Positions 18,692 to 28,492 of a DNA stretch of 64,000 nucleotides are shown one piece after another. Below the pieces are notes generated by a model. It had not been told where the DNA came from. It ran no database searches and was given only the letters and a program-made list of their open reading frames with translations. This DNA comes from Meyerozyma guilliermondii (taxonomy: Eukaryota): contig CP128817.1 in NCBI GenBank assembly GCA_051546255.1, forward strand, positions 1,364,001 through 1,428,000, given 5' to 3'. How positions within the stretch are numbered: the stretch's first letter is position 1; the number at the start of each line of letters is the position of its first letter. The position numbers were made by a program, and so were the translations under genes.

Positions 18692-20830
18692 TCAACTATT
18701 CTGTGGTCCTCTTGGAAATAAGCTAACCAGTTGCATCTCAATATCGTCGTCTTCATCGACGTTAACTATCGGAATGGCTTGGTTGCCATTGGGAAATACA
18801 GCCGGCTGCACTATTTGGGGGGCGTTCTGAGGGTCCTGGTTTTCCAAATGAACTTCATCTCCCTGGCCCTCAGCACCAGTAAATTGGCGCTCAACTAAGC
18901 GGTGTTGATGATGGTTCCTGATAAGCCGTTGGAAATGTTCACGCATCTCTTCCGGTCCCATATTGCCCTCATTAAGCTCTCGGAAAATCTCGCGATTAAT
19001 ATCAGACATTCCCTGGCCGTCATTATCCACGCTTTGTAATAATCCAAGTCCCCTCTGTCTTGCCCAAAGAGTCATCTCCTCGTCATCCATGTCTGCTCCT
19101 CCGTTCATGAACCTTCTTCTTCTTTCGTGGAACAATGCATGCATGTCGCCATGGTCAATTAAATAGGCGCGGTCCTCCATGACTTGGTTGAGATGTGCTC
19201 TCAATTGGTTTACGCCATGGCCGGAAAACACGCAAAATGAGTTTTTTTGATGCTCATTGAAATCTGGAGGTGGGTCGCGACAATACTGTGTGATTTCTCT
19301 TCTCAAGAATGCGTTGATGCCAGTTAATGATAGATGCGTCAATTTAGGGCAATTTTTCAAGAGTAAGTAGATAGGTCCGATGGTTAGGTTGGTGCAGTAC
19401 GATAAGTGGACTCTTTCAAGGCAGTCTTGTTCTCCTCGACGTCTCACCAACTCTAAAATTCCGGAATCGGAAATCAAACTGCATTTTACCAACCCAATAC
19501 GACGAAGTTTAGGCAAATTGGCAAGCTCCACTAGCGTCCAGTCTGTGAGTTGTGAACAACATGCCAAATCAATGTATTGTATTCGGTGGCATGATCTGAC
19601 CAATGAAGCAACACCAAAATCAGTGATTAACGCACAATGACCAAGATGAATATAATGCAAGCTGCGTCCCAATTGTGACAATGCTCTTAAAGAAGCATCG
19701 GTTATTTGCATGCACTTGGATAAGACGACATTACGCAATCTTGGGGCGCATATCACGAGTTTTTCAACAAGCTTATCAGTGATAGCATTGCACCCTGTGA
19801 TATCGATGATTCTGAGCTTTTCAAGGAAGAAATGGTTGGGTAATCGCTCAAGTAGCTTGTCCGTTATTCCAGCAGCATTACTTATTCTGAACTCTCGCAA
19901 CTGAGACAAGTTTAAGAAAATCAACTTCAAGTACTTGTCAGTTACTTTTGGGCAGTTGTGAAGATCAATCTCAACGAGGGACTTGCAGTTTTCATACATA
20001 GCACTGATGGTTTCGTCTGTGATATTCTCCGATCCGTTAAACTTGACTCTTTTGAGCATTGGGCACGAGGTCAACAACTTTAAAATGGCTCTTTCACTTA
20101 CATTACCACAACCAGGAGCATAGAGCCCTTGAAGTCTGGGGCAGTTGTCAGCTAACGCATATATGATATCATCGTGGATGTGGGTGACTCCGGTTAAATC
20201 AATGGATTGAAGTTTTTCGCAATTCTTTAACACTTCAGTAATGGGGTAATGAGTAAGCTTTGTACAGTTAACAAGGGTGAGGCGCTCCAATTTGGGGCAT
20301 CCTACGAATAAGGATAGCAAGTCGTCATCCACTAGCTTGGTCATGAAGGAAAGGTTGAGTCGCTTGATGAAGGATCTATAATCCCAATGTGTGGACAGTT
20401 TTGGAAGTTTCATTATGGCTTTGATTTTGTTGAACGACGCGTCATTCTGCATGTTTGGTCGAAACCACAAGATTTCTATAATGAGATCGGCAAACTCGCG
20501 GCACACCGTGAGCAACGAGTACAAGTCTCTTCTGTCTAGGTGGTTGAAGATCTGAAGTAGTACTTCTGTTGGGAGTTTTAGTAATGGAGAATTGCGGTAA
20601 TTAAGTTCCTGAATTTCGCTTTTTTGGGCTGCAGCAGAGTTTCTTCTCTGTGTGATCGATTCCTTGAGTTGTTTGTAATCATCAGGACCTTCATTTTGCA
20701 TGATGAAATCAAACTTCAATGCATGATGATTGCGATTATTCACGTCAGGACTTGCTGCTGAGAAACGAAAAACCTCATTAGAGAGCTGATCTGGCAAATT
20801 GGAGTCGCCGTTACTACTGGGAGAACTCAT
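18692..20830 (-). CDS. GRR1: SCF F-box/LRR protein
   Basis: F-box LLKLPTEVLLQIF, LWFRP, WDYRSFIKRLNLSF, LRRs (CPKLERLTLVNC) and LERVHLSYC. First ATG at 20830 (MSSPSS); the track start is a GTG. Confidence 0.95.
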   Translation of the reverse strand: MSSPSSNGDSNLPDQLSNEVFRFSAASPDVNNRNHHALKFDFIMQNEGPDDYKQLKESITQRRNSAAAQKSEIQELNYRNSPLLKLPTEVLLQIFNHLDRRDLYSLLTVCREFADLIIEILWFRPNMQNDASFNKIKAIMKLPKLSTHWDYRSFIKRLNLSFMTKLVDDDLLSLFVGCPKLERLTLVNCTKLTHYPITEVLKNCEKLQSIDLTGVTHIHDDIIYALADNCPRLQGLYAPGCGNVSERAILKLLTSCPMLKRVKFNGSENITDETISAMYENCKSLVEIDLHNCPKVTDKYLKLIFLNLSQLREFRISNAAGITDKLLERLPNHFFLEKLRIIDITGCNAITDKLVEKLVICAPRLRNVVLSKCMQITDASLRALSQLGRSLHYIHLGHCALITDFGVASLVRSCHRIQYIDLACCSQLTDWTLVELANLPKLRRIGLVKCSLISDSGILELVRRRGEQDCLERVHLSYCTNLTIGPIYLLLKNCPKLTHLSLTGINAFLRREITQYCRDPPPDFNEHQKNSFCVFSGHGVNQLRAHLNQVMEDRAYLIDHGDMHALFHERRRRFMNGGADMDDEEMTLWARQRGLGLLQSVDNDGQGMSDINREIFRELNEGNMGPEEMREHFQRLIRNHHQHRLVERQFTGAEGQGDEVHLENQDPQNAPQIVQPAVFPNGNQAIPIVNVDEDDDIEMQLVSLFPRGPQNS

Positions 20831-21223
20831 AGTATACTTTTTGGAGGTTTCTTTTTGACAAAGTAACGAAAGCGGAAAAGGTCGAAGCCAGCCAAGATCG
20901 CAGTCACAAACAGACACCGATACTCTAAAGATATGGAAGTCTCAAAGCTCGTCTACGTCCGGAAATATAACGCTCAAAGTCAGCTCAACACTTTGCTGAC
21001 TACCAGGACCTAGATTTGCGGCAAAAGAACTGAAGGTATATGATACAATCAGTGAGCGTGTTTGCACAAAGGCGCCCCCCTCTGGTATCTGCAGGAAAAT
21101 TACTGGAATCGGATCATCGGGCTCGTATACAAGACCGGTGCCTGGGCCCTCGAATGTTGGGAAGATCTAATTTTTAATTTCAGTAAATAATAATTATGGA
21201 CATGAGTACTGGTCTATAAACGT

Positions 21224-24163
21224 TCAAAAGAACAGGGTTCGCTTGTTCAGCTGCATGACTCCTGGTGTCCCAGGATTGGAATTGTAGCCAAGCGCGGCTG
21301 AGCTCAATGACAATTGTTCAAGCTGTTGCATAACCGCCGCGTCTTGATATTGTGATGCGTCAGGACCGCCTTGAAGACCGCCGTTTTGGGGTGCAACTCC
21401 ATTGTAGCCATATGGAAGTGGAATTTGGCCGCTCATGGGTGCATTGTATGGTGCTGGAACTTGTCCAATGTATGGATTCGCATACTGGCCTGAGGTTGGC
21501 ATGCCATAATGTGGGTTCAGGTTACCACTGGCACCGTGGCTACCTCTATGGCCTCTCTTTTGTTTTCTTCCTCCCGTTGATCCAGACCGGTTCAAACGGT
21601 TACTTGCGAGACCAACCTCGTCCATCAACTTGCGGTAAGGTTGAACATTGACGATATTAATTTCAAGTAAAATACGTCTGATCATCGACACAACATACTG
21701 GTGATAGTTGTCATTCCAGATATCATTGCCTGGTGACATCAAAGGAGGATTCGATACGATTTTGTAAAGGAAAAGTGGACCTGCGTTATTTTCCAGTCCT
21801 TCGGCCAAAAGATGCTCTAACAAATCTGTTGGAACACCGTTCTCATTGTTGATATCATATGCCCCAAAAATGCGGTTTAGGATACGTTGCGACAGTTCTG
21901 GATCGCTTCTGTTGCTCAATATCTTCAATACTGTTAAGTTTGCAAGCTTGTGGGTGCAAAATTCTCCCAAATTGGAGATGACCTTGTCTGTAACAAGTTT
22001 GTAGCGAAGGTCTGGCGATTTGTCAAAACCATTGAACGTGTCCAAAAACCAGGTGAGTAATAAAGATCCATTGGGGTTGACAATCAAATCGTTGGCATAC
22101 TCAACTATCAACGATGCCACAAGTGCTACTTGTTCTCTTGATATCGCATTGTCTTTGCCGCACAGTTCAAGCATGGTTCTGATGCACCGAGCTCCGAAAC
22201 GGCCATTGCTAATCTCAAGAAAGTTATCAAGAATGGTCTCGATAATGAAATCGTTGAAGGGAGATCCAAACTTGATACATCCTTGCAAAACATAATTTCC
22301 AAATTGGTCATTAAACATCTTTAACGAGTATGGCTTTAAACTCTCTGCAATGACATTCATTTGGTTGTAGTCTTTATCGCACAAATTAATAATTTTTTGA
22401 ATAGCCCAGGTACCATTCTTGTGTATACCAAGCTGGGTCAAGTAAGGTGCAATCTCATGGACCATGATGAGTTTGATCGCCGGTGACTTGATGACTGCAA
22501 AAAGCTTTTGAATAACCGTGTTTCCCAAATAGTCATAACAGAGCTCGGGGAGCTCATCGAGCATGGAAATAGCAAGTTCATCCAAATCTGCATCGGACAT
22601 TTCTCGTTTGTCCTCTGGACGTGACAGTTCTTTCTCGCAGGTTTCGAGACTCTTTCTCAATTCCCTAAGCTTCGGCGAGTCAAATTGGCGCAAAGGAATT
22701 GGTTCGGGAAGTGGTCCGAAATTAGCCTTATAATTTTCATTAGGATATCTGATAGCAGATTGTATCATGGAACGAACCTTGTTCATATCAATGTCATAAG
22801 GGGCAATCAGTGCCACTGAACTCAAGAGTGATAGCTGAATATTCACAAGGTCAATAGGCAGTGACTTGGTTGGAGATTCCGTACGCCTACCTTTGGAATT
22901 AGGACTTGTTTTCGAGTTATTAGTTTTAGCGACATTTTGTTCGGTAGGTGACTTGTCGAGCACCAGGGCAAATGCAGCATAAAGAGTAATTCCAGGAACC
23001 AACTCAAGATGATTAAAATTAGCTTTTAACGTCATAGCAATTTCCACGCTGCAGCATTCCACCAATGCCAATTTTGACGATTTGGTGGTGGTTACCTTCA
23101 AGCTCTTAATACTTCCTTTGGCTCTAGTGCCTAACGAATTGCTGAGTATGGACCATAGCTTGATAGAGTCTATGAAGTTGGGCAAATTATCAAACAAAAG
23201 GAAGTTGGTGGGCCCCAAGTTAGGGTTATCAAAGTTTGTGGTGATCCTGAAGTCTGAGAAATCGATATCATCTTGTAAAACAGGCTGTTGTGCGAGTATC
23301 TGATTTCTCGCTTGCTCTTGTTGTTGCTCCTGTTGAATTAAGTAGTTTTGAGCTAGAATCAGCTGCTTCAGTAATACAGCATCAGCTTCAGCGGGAGCTC
23401 CAGAAAACGTTTGAGCTCTATTTCTGTTGTGCATCGTGTTCATAGATGCCATCAAGTTATCTAATAAGACGTTCATATCATTAGACTGAGACAGAGATCC
23501 ATGGAATGGAGATGTTGAGAGTCTCGACTGACCGGAGGGATCTACAACATGTAGTGGGGTCGCTTGAGATGCCATTGAGGGCATGCCAGCACTTACAGGA
23601 ACCGCACCTGTGGTAGTATATGATCGGTTGCGGTTTGTCTGGGCGCCAGCGGAAAGAGTGGATTGAGGTGGATAGCCATGCATAGCAGAAAAAGACTGGG
23701 GAACAGTGCCTTGGTATTGTTGAGGGCCAAGAGCGGGACTGAAAAAGCTTCCACCATTGCTGTTGCTACCCGAATGAACGCTCGAATTGTCCAAAAGAGA
23801 AGGACCATTTCCCTGCGACGGCGAATGTTGAAGAGCATCATCATTCCAGATCGAGTTTGTGGAAAAAAGAGAGCCGGACCGCATTCTTCGGGTACTTCCA
23901 TTGGACCCAGGAATGTCCATGCCCTCCTTTTCTAAAGGAGGCGAGCTAGCAGGAATTCCCAATGTAAATGAATCCATATATGGGATCCCCAAAGGTTCGG
24001 AATTGCCAATTGCGTTTAATGGCGAATGAGATTGGTTGAAACCTGCTGGAGATGAACCATGAATGAACGATGAGGGTAAGGTGCCCGCTCGACTACGGGA
24101 CTTTTGCTGTACATCTGCCGAAGGTGTGAGCGATATACCGGGAGTGGTTGAATTAGAATCCAT
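21224..24163 (-). CDS. JSN1: PUF-family RNA-binding protein with RRM (Jsn1/Puf2)
   Basis: RSRAGTLPS, FGPLPEP...FDSPKLRELRK and PUF repeats (DYLGNTVIQKL, HKNGTWAIQKII, DQFGNYVLQ, RFGARCIR). First ATG at 24163. Confidence 0.9.
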   Translation of the reverse strand: MDSNSTTPGISLTPSADVQQKSRSRAGTLPSSFIHGSSPAGFNQSHSPLNAIGNSEPLGIPYMDSFTLGIPASSPPLEKEGMDIPGSNGSTRRMRSGSLFSTNSIWNDDALQHSPSQGNGPSLLDNSSVHSGSNSNGGSFFSPALGPQQYQGTVPQSFSAMHGYPPQSTLSAGAQTNRNRSYTTTGAVPVSAGMPSMASQATPLHVVDPSGQSRLSTSPFHGSLSQSNDMNVLLDNLMASMNTMHNRNRAQTFSGAPAEADAVLLKQLILAQNYLIQQEQQQEQARNQILAQQPVLQDDIDFSDFRITTNFDNPNLGPTNFLLFDNLPNFIDSIKLWSILSNSLGTRAKGSIKSLKVTTTKSSKLALVECCSVEIAMTLKANFNHLELVPGITLYAAFALVLDKSPTEQNVAKTNNSKTSPNSKGRRTESPTKSLPIDLVNIQLSLLSSVALIAPYDIDMNKVRSMIQSAIRYPNENYKANFGPLPEPIPLRQFDSPKLRELRKSLETCEKELSRPEDKREMSDADLDELAISMLDELPELCYDYLGNTVIQKLFAVIKSPAIKLIMVHEIAPYLTQLGIHKNGTWAIQKIINLCDKDYNQMNVIAESLKPYSLKMFNDQFGNYVLQGCIKFGSPFNDFIIETILDNFLEISNGRFGARCIRTMLELCGKDNAISREQVALVASLIVEYANDLIVNPNGSLLLTWFLDTFNGFDKSPDLRYKLVTDKVISNLGEFCTHKLANLTVLKILSNRSDPELSQRILNRIFGAYDINNENGVPTDLLEHLLAEGLENNAGPLFLYKIVSNPPLMSPGNDIWNDNYHQYVVSMIRRILLEINIVNVQPYRKLMDEVGLASNRLNRSGSTGGRKQKRGHRGSHGASGNLNPHYGMPTSGQYANPYIGQVPAPYNAPMSGQIPLPYGYNGVAPQNGGLQGGPDASQYQDAAVMQQLEQLSLSSAALGYNSNPGTPGVMQLNKRTLFF

Positions 24164-25216
24164 CACCAACGCTACAAATGTCGAGGTTTGCAATCTGGTT
24201 CAATGAATAATAGGAGGTGTGAAGCCGACCACTTCACAATATTGTTTTCAGTTTTCAAGCCAGCCTCGAGTCTTGGAATTGAAGGCGCTGCACGAATGTC
24301 ACTAGATTACTATATGTGCCAGTTCAAACGATCGATTATGAAGAATGAAACGTTGCCGCAATACCCGAAAGCAATTAGCGAAATGTGAAAATGTGCAGCG
24401 TTTGAATCTGTGAAACGATCCCGGTTTAGTTCTGGATTTCTAGCAATCAAGATATCTTTCGTTCAGCTCCTGAACGACAAGTATGGTTAAATACCCAAAA
24501 TTGTGAAATAAATGGTGGGCCGCTGTGTCTCCAACCACGACACTTGGCACCCGCCGGGCTGCCTGCAGGACAAAGCCTCACTCATAGCCTCCTTGGCTGA
24601 GACGAGGCTTACAATGCAAATAGGAGCAGTGCGAAGCGTAGACATATGTGACATGCTGCAGTCTGCGCCGTGTAGCAGATAACAAAATTGGGGAAGAAAG
24701 GTGTCAGCAATATAGCTAAATATGGTGGATGAATGTGGGACCCAAACACCTACCGCTAAAAAAAGATAGGAGTAGCGTGTGAATGATGAATTACATATTG
24801 TTGAGATTGTTGGGGTAAAATACGGTAGTAATGGAGTTGGTTTTGTAACTTTGACGTGGTAACAATGGTGTATGGAGTTAATAACAATTTGCAAATATTC
24901 GATTTTTTCAAATTTTGCACCCATTACTATTTTCACATTATAAAATTCAAAGTTGAATATTGAAAAAAATAGACATAAAACAGTCATGACCCTAAATCCG
25001 CATACACTCTACCACAATTCACCTAAATTCGCTATTCGTGAATCTCAGCTACCGCTCTTCATCTCTTCATCTTCTTCATCTCTGTCTTCGTCTTACCTGC
25101 AGTACTCCTACATGTAGCACCTTTGTGGACCACGCTGCAAACGAAACCTAGGCTTTTTCAGGCCATTCCAATACACTGATATTCATCAATTTCTATAAAT
25201 TGATACCCAAAACGCA

Positions 25217-26578
25217 ATGGCATCACTCCAACAATACATAATTGACGTTAAATCTGCAATTTCTAACGAAGATTCCATCAAGTTGAAGGACTTGATTTCA
25301 ATACGGCCTCAAGGTGAAGAGGGTATTAAGCGGTCACAATTCGATATACCGTCCTCAGCTGATGTATCTGTGCTTCCCGAAAGATTTCAGTCGGTGGTCA
25401 CTTCATACATTCAACTTTTAAAACTGGTCTACATTCAATCAGATATCAAGGCTGCTTTCAAAGACCTCAATACTTTAACAACTAACCTTATTCGAGCCGC
25501 CGAGTCCCAAACTAACTGGATAAACCTTCCGTTGATCAACGCCTGCAAAGAGCTCATTTCCGTATACCAAGTACAACAGAAAAACTTTCCTGATGAGGAA
25601 CCAGTTAATGACATTGTCGTCGATGCCGCTGCCACAGAAACCGGAAAAGCATCACCAACTCTCGAATTGTTGGTTACTACCATCAACAAAGCGTTCAAGC
25701 TCTCGTTGACAGACAAAACCCTCGAACTTGAGCATCAAAAGCGTCGAGATATCTACTTTTTCTTGGGTTGTTTGCTTCAATTATACTTCAAAATGGGCAA
25801 ATTGGAGCTTGCAAAGTCGGTTCAGAAGGCAATAAAAGGCACACGGCTTCTGCTTCCTAATTTTTCTACTAAGAAACGTAAGAAAGGGCTCGCAAGTCCC
25901 ATTTCAACGAGATGGTACGAAGTGTCATACTTGTACTACAGTGCATTGTTGTATCTTGACGATATGGATTTTGTTCAGGCCGAAGAAAGATTATCGACTG
26001 CTTTTGCGTTAATATCATACTACTCCGACAAGGAAGCTGCTTCAAAGCATACGGAAAGAATCTTATTGATCCTTATACCTTTAAAACTTCACAATAGTCG
26101 CTTGACTCCCTCACAAGAATTATGGGACCAATTTCCCACACTTCGCGAGATATACCGTGACAATCTTTTCAAGGCCGTGTACAATGGTAATCTCCAACAG
26201 TTTGACGAATGCTGTAATCGGTATAGAATGTTGTTTTTAAAGAAGTACTTGTTCTTACTCATTGAGCAATTGCGGCCCCTCTGCTACTTGAAGTTGACCC
26301 GCAAAGTTTGCCTCATCTACAAGGAACTCAACAAAGATCCCAAAACCGATCATATAGTACCGCTCTCTGCAATCCAAGTTGCTTTTGAAATGTCCGGGTT
26401 TTATGGTGAAACCATCGATTTCAGCGAGCGGTCATTCTACTACACTTTAGATGCTCTTGAATGCATTTTGGCCAACCTTATAGTGACAGGACGCATCAAA
26501 GGCTACATTTCTCACTCCAACAAGTGCATTGTGTTGTCCAGAGCGACTCCATTCCCACCCCAAGTGATCAAGCCTTAA
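25217..26578 (+). CDS. CSN12: PCI-domain protein, Csn12/PCID2 family
   Basis: LYFKMGKLELAKSVQKAI and C-terminal LECILANLIVTGRIKGYISHSNKCIVLSRATPFP. Confidence 0.85.
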   Translation: MASLQQYIIDVKSAISNEDSIKLKDLISIRPQGEEGIKRSQFDIPSSADVSVLPERFQSVVTSYIQLLKLVYIQSDIKAAFKDLNTLTTNLIRAAESQTNWINLPLINACKELISVYQVQQKNFPDEEPVNDIVVDAAATETGKASPTLELLVTTINKAFKLSLTDKTLELEHQKRRDIYFFLGCLLQLYFKMGKLELAKSVQKAIKGTRLLLPNFSTKKRKKGLASPISTRWYEVSYLYYSALLYLDDMDFVQAEERLSTAFALISYYSDKEAASKHTERILLILIPLKLHNSRLTPSQELWDQFPTLREIYRDNLFKAVYNGNLQQFDECCNRYRMLFLKKYLFLLIEQLRPLCYLKLTRKVCLIYKELNKDPKTDHIVPLSAIQVAFEMSGFYGETIDFSERSFYYTLDALECILANLIVTGRIKGYISHSNKCIVLSRATPFPPQVIKP

Positions 26579-26600
26579 GTACTCATCTTGCAACCGACCG

Positions 26601-26608
26601 CACGTGAC
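26601..26608. promoter_or_regulatory. Cbf1 site upstream of TIF5
   Basis: CACGTGAC in the 161-bp CSN12-TIF5 gap, followed by RRPE-like TGAAAAATT near 26679. Confidence 0.55.
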
Positions 26609-26739
26609 GCGACCGGGACACGCCGCGGCCGAAAAAAAATTGTTGACTTGCTTACACACTGTGTAAATGGTAATACCGTGAAAAATTACCTTCCAACATA
26701 GTTGAAATTCACTACCTAAGCAAAATATAACCCGCAATC

Positions 26740-27948
26740 ATGTCTTTCATCAACATTTGTCGTGACAACACTGATCCGTTTTATCGGTACAAGATGCCTC
26801 CAATCCAATCAAAGGTTGAAGGAAGAGGAAATGGTATCAAAACTGCCATCGTCAATTTAAGCGAAGTTTCTCGTGCACTTGGTCGTCCTGCTTCGTACAT
26901 TGTCAAGTACTTTGGCTCAGAATTAGGTGCTCAGACCTCTATGGATGAAGACAAGAACCGTTACTTGGTGAATGGTGTTCACGATGCCAATGAATTGCAA
27001 GATTCCTTGGATGGATTCATCAACAAGTTTGTGTTGTGTGCAAACTGTAAGAATCCTGAAACTGAGATTCAGATCAAAGAGAAGGATAATTTACAGCGTG
27101 ACTGTAAGGCTTGTGGACATGTTTCCATCATCGACCCCAGACACAAGTTGTCTACTTTTATATTAAAGAATCCTCCAGCAGGTGCCAAGGGTGGCAAAAA
27201 GGGAAAGAAGGCTGCTACTGCTACTGCTAACGTTGTAGGTGGAGGAAAATCGATTTCTGATATCGCTTCTGGCCAGCAACAAGAAAACGGCAGCGGTGAC
27301 GTTGGTGACGACGATGACGATGTTTTAACTAGAAAGATCAATGCCGAGGCTGCTGCATTGAAAGCCGAGAGCATTGAAGTCAATGATGACGACTGGGCTG
27401 TTGATATGTCGAAGGAAGCTATCGAGGCCAGAGCCAGAGAATTGGAAGGTTTGTCGTTACAAGGAGACCAAGAAAAGTACAACGAATTGGGCGAATGGAT
27501 CTTGAAAGGCCGTGAAGAGGATGAGTTGCCTAGCGACGTTGAGATTTACAAAAAGATTGTTGAGCTCGATATCTTAGAAGAACCAGAAACTGTTCAAGTT
27601 TTGGCCCAGGTCTTGTTTGACGAAGAGATTGTCAGTGAGCTTGAAGAGCACGCAGGTTTATTGACAAAGTTGATCAACCAACAAACTGAATTGGAGAAAG
27701 CGTTCATGGGAGGATTGGAGAGATTCTTGGGTATGGAGAAACCCGAATTGATTCCTGCGTTGCCCAAAATTTTGATGTCTGTTTATGAACATGATATCGT
27801 CAATGAGAATGTTATTCTTGCATGGGGAAGCAAAGTGTCCAAGAAATACGTCGCTAAGGATATTTCTAAAAAGGTTCGTCGTGCCGCTAAACCATTCATC
27901 AAGTGGTTGCAGGAAGCTGACGAGGAGAGTGACGATGATGAGGAATAG
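26740..27948 (+). CDS. TIF5: Translation initiation factor eIF5
   Basis: DPFYRYKMP, EGRGNGIKT, zinc finger CANCKNPET...CKACG and W2 domain AKPFIKWLQEADEES. Confidence 0.97.
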   Translation: MSFINICRDNTDPFYRYKMPPIQSKVEGRGNGIKTAIVNLSEVSRALGRPASYIVKYFGSELGAQTSMDEDKNRYLVNGVHDANELQDSLDGFINKFVLCANCKNPETEIQIKEKDNLQRDCKACGHVSIIDPRHKLSTFILKNPPAGAKGGKKGKKAATATANVVGGGKSISDIASGQQQENGSGDVGDDDDDVLTRKINAEAAALKAESIEVNDDDWAVDMSKEAIEARARELEGLSLQGDQEKYNELGEWILKGREEDELPSDVEIYKKIVELDILEEPETVQVLAQVLFDEEIVSELEEHAGLLTKLINQQTELEKAFMGGLERFLGMEKPELIPALPKILMSVYEHDIVNENVILAWGSKVSKKYVAKDISKKVRRAAKPFIKWLQEADEESDDDEE

Positions 27949-28070
27949 ACATCGTTTCATATAGCTAATCATTATACATAACGAGCACTAAAATGACAGA
28001 GTAAATACAACCGAATACAAGGAGAAATACAAATATACATACTCATTAAGCTTAAATAACATAAAGGGAA

Positions 28071-28419
28071 CTATTTCTTAAAATCCTCAACGCTCCTTCC
28101 GGTCTGTTGTTTCAAATACTTATCGGCTTCCTTTGAAACGTAATCATAAACCAAGTTTTTCTGTTTGAAATACCCGCTATTTCTCAAGAGAGTCACTGTA
28201 TAATCATATAAACGCTCTCCCAATCCGAGATACTTACCAAACCACGTCCTGAAATCGACTGATGATAAAGTGGAAGTATCAAATTGAAGCCCAGTGTTAC
28301 GATTAATTCCAGCAAGAATAATTGATATAAGGACCAAGTCAAACGAGTAGTGAGCTAGTTTACCAAGCTGTATTAGAACGTATTTGTGGAAGCCTAAACT
28401 GGTATTTACTTACAGGCAT
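28071..28419 (-). CDS. Mitofissin (Atg44/Mdi1, DUF1748) family microprotein, 100 aa; exons 28414-28419 and 28071-28367
   Basis: ATG CCT|GTAAGT...TTCTAATACAG|CTT GGT AAA (46-nt intron) gives MPLGKLAHYSFDLVLISIILAGINRNTGL...KYLGLGERLYDY...SGYF, matching the Atg44 family. Confidence 0.85.
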
Positions 28420-28492
28420 ATTGAAAGGTTTATCTATTCAATTGTCGCGAGCACAAAATTAGTTGAACTTGTGACTGCATATACAGCCATAG

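Noticed and set aside
24487..24987. 166-aa ORF in the JSN1-CSN12 gap
   Set aside because: No recognisable motif and a composition typical of translated AT-rich noncoding DNA; not fully excluded.
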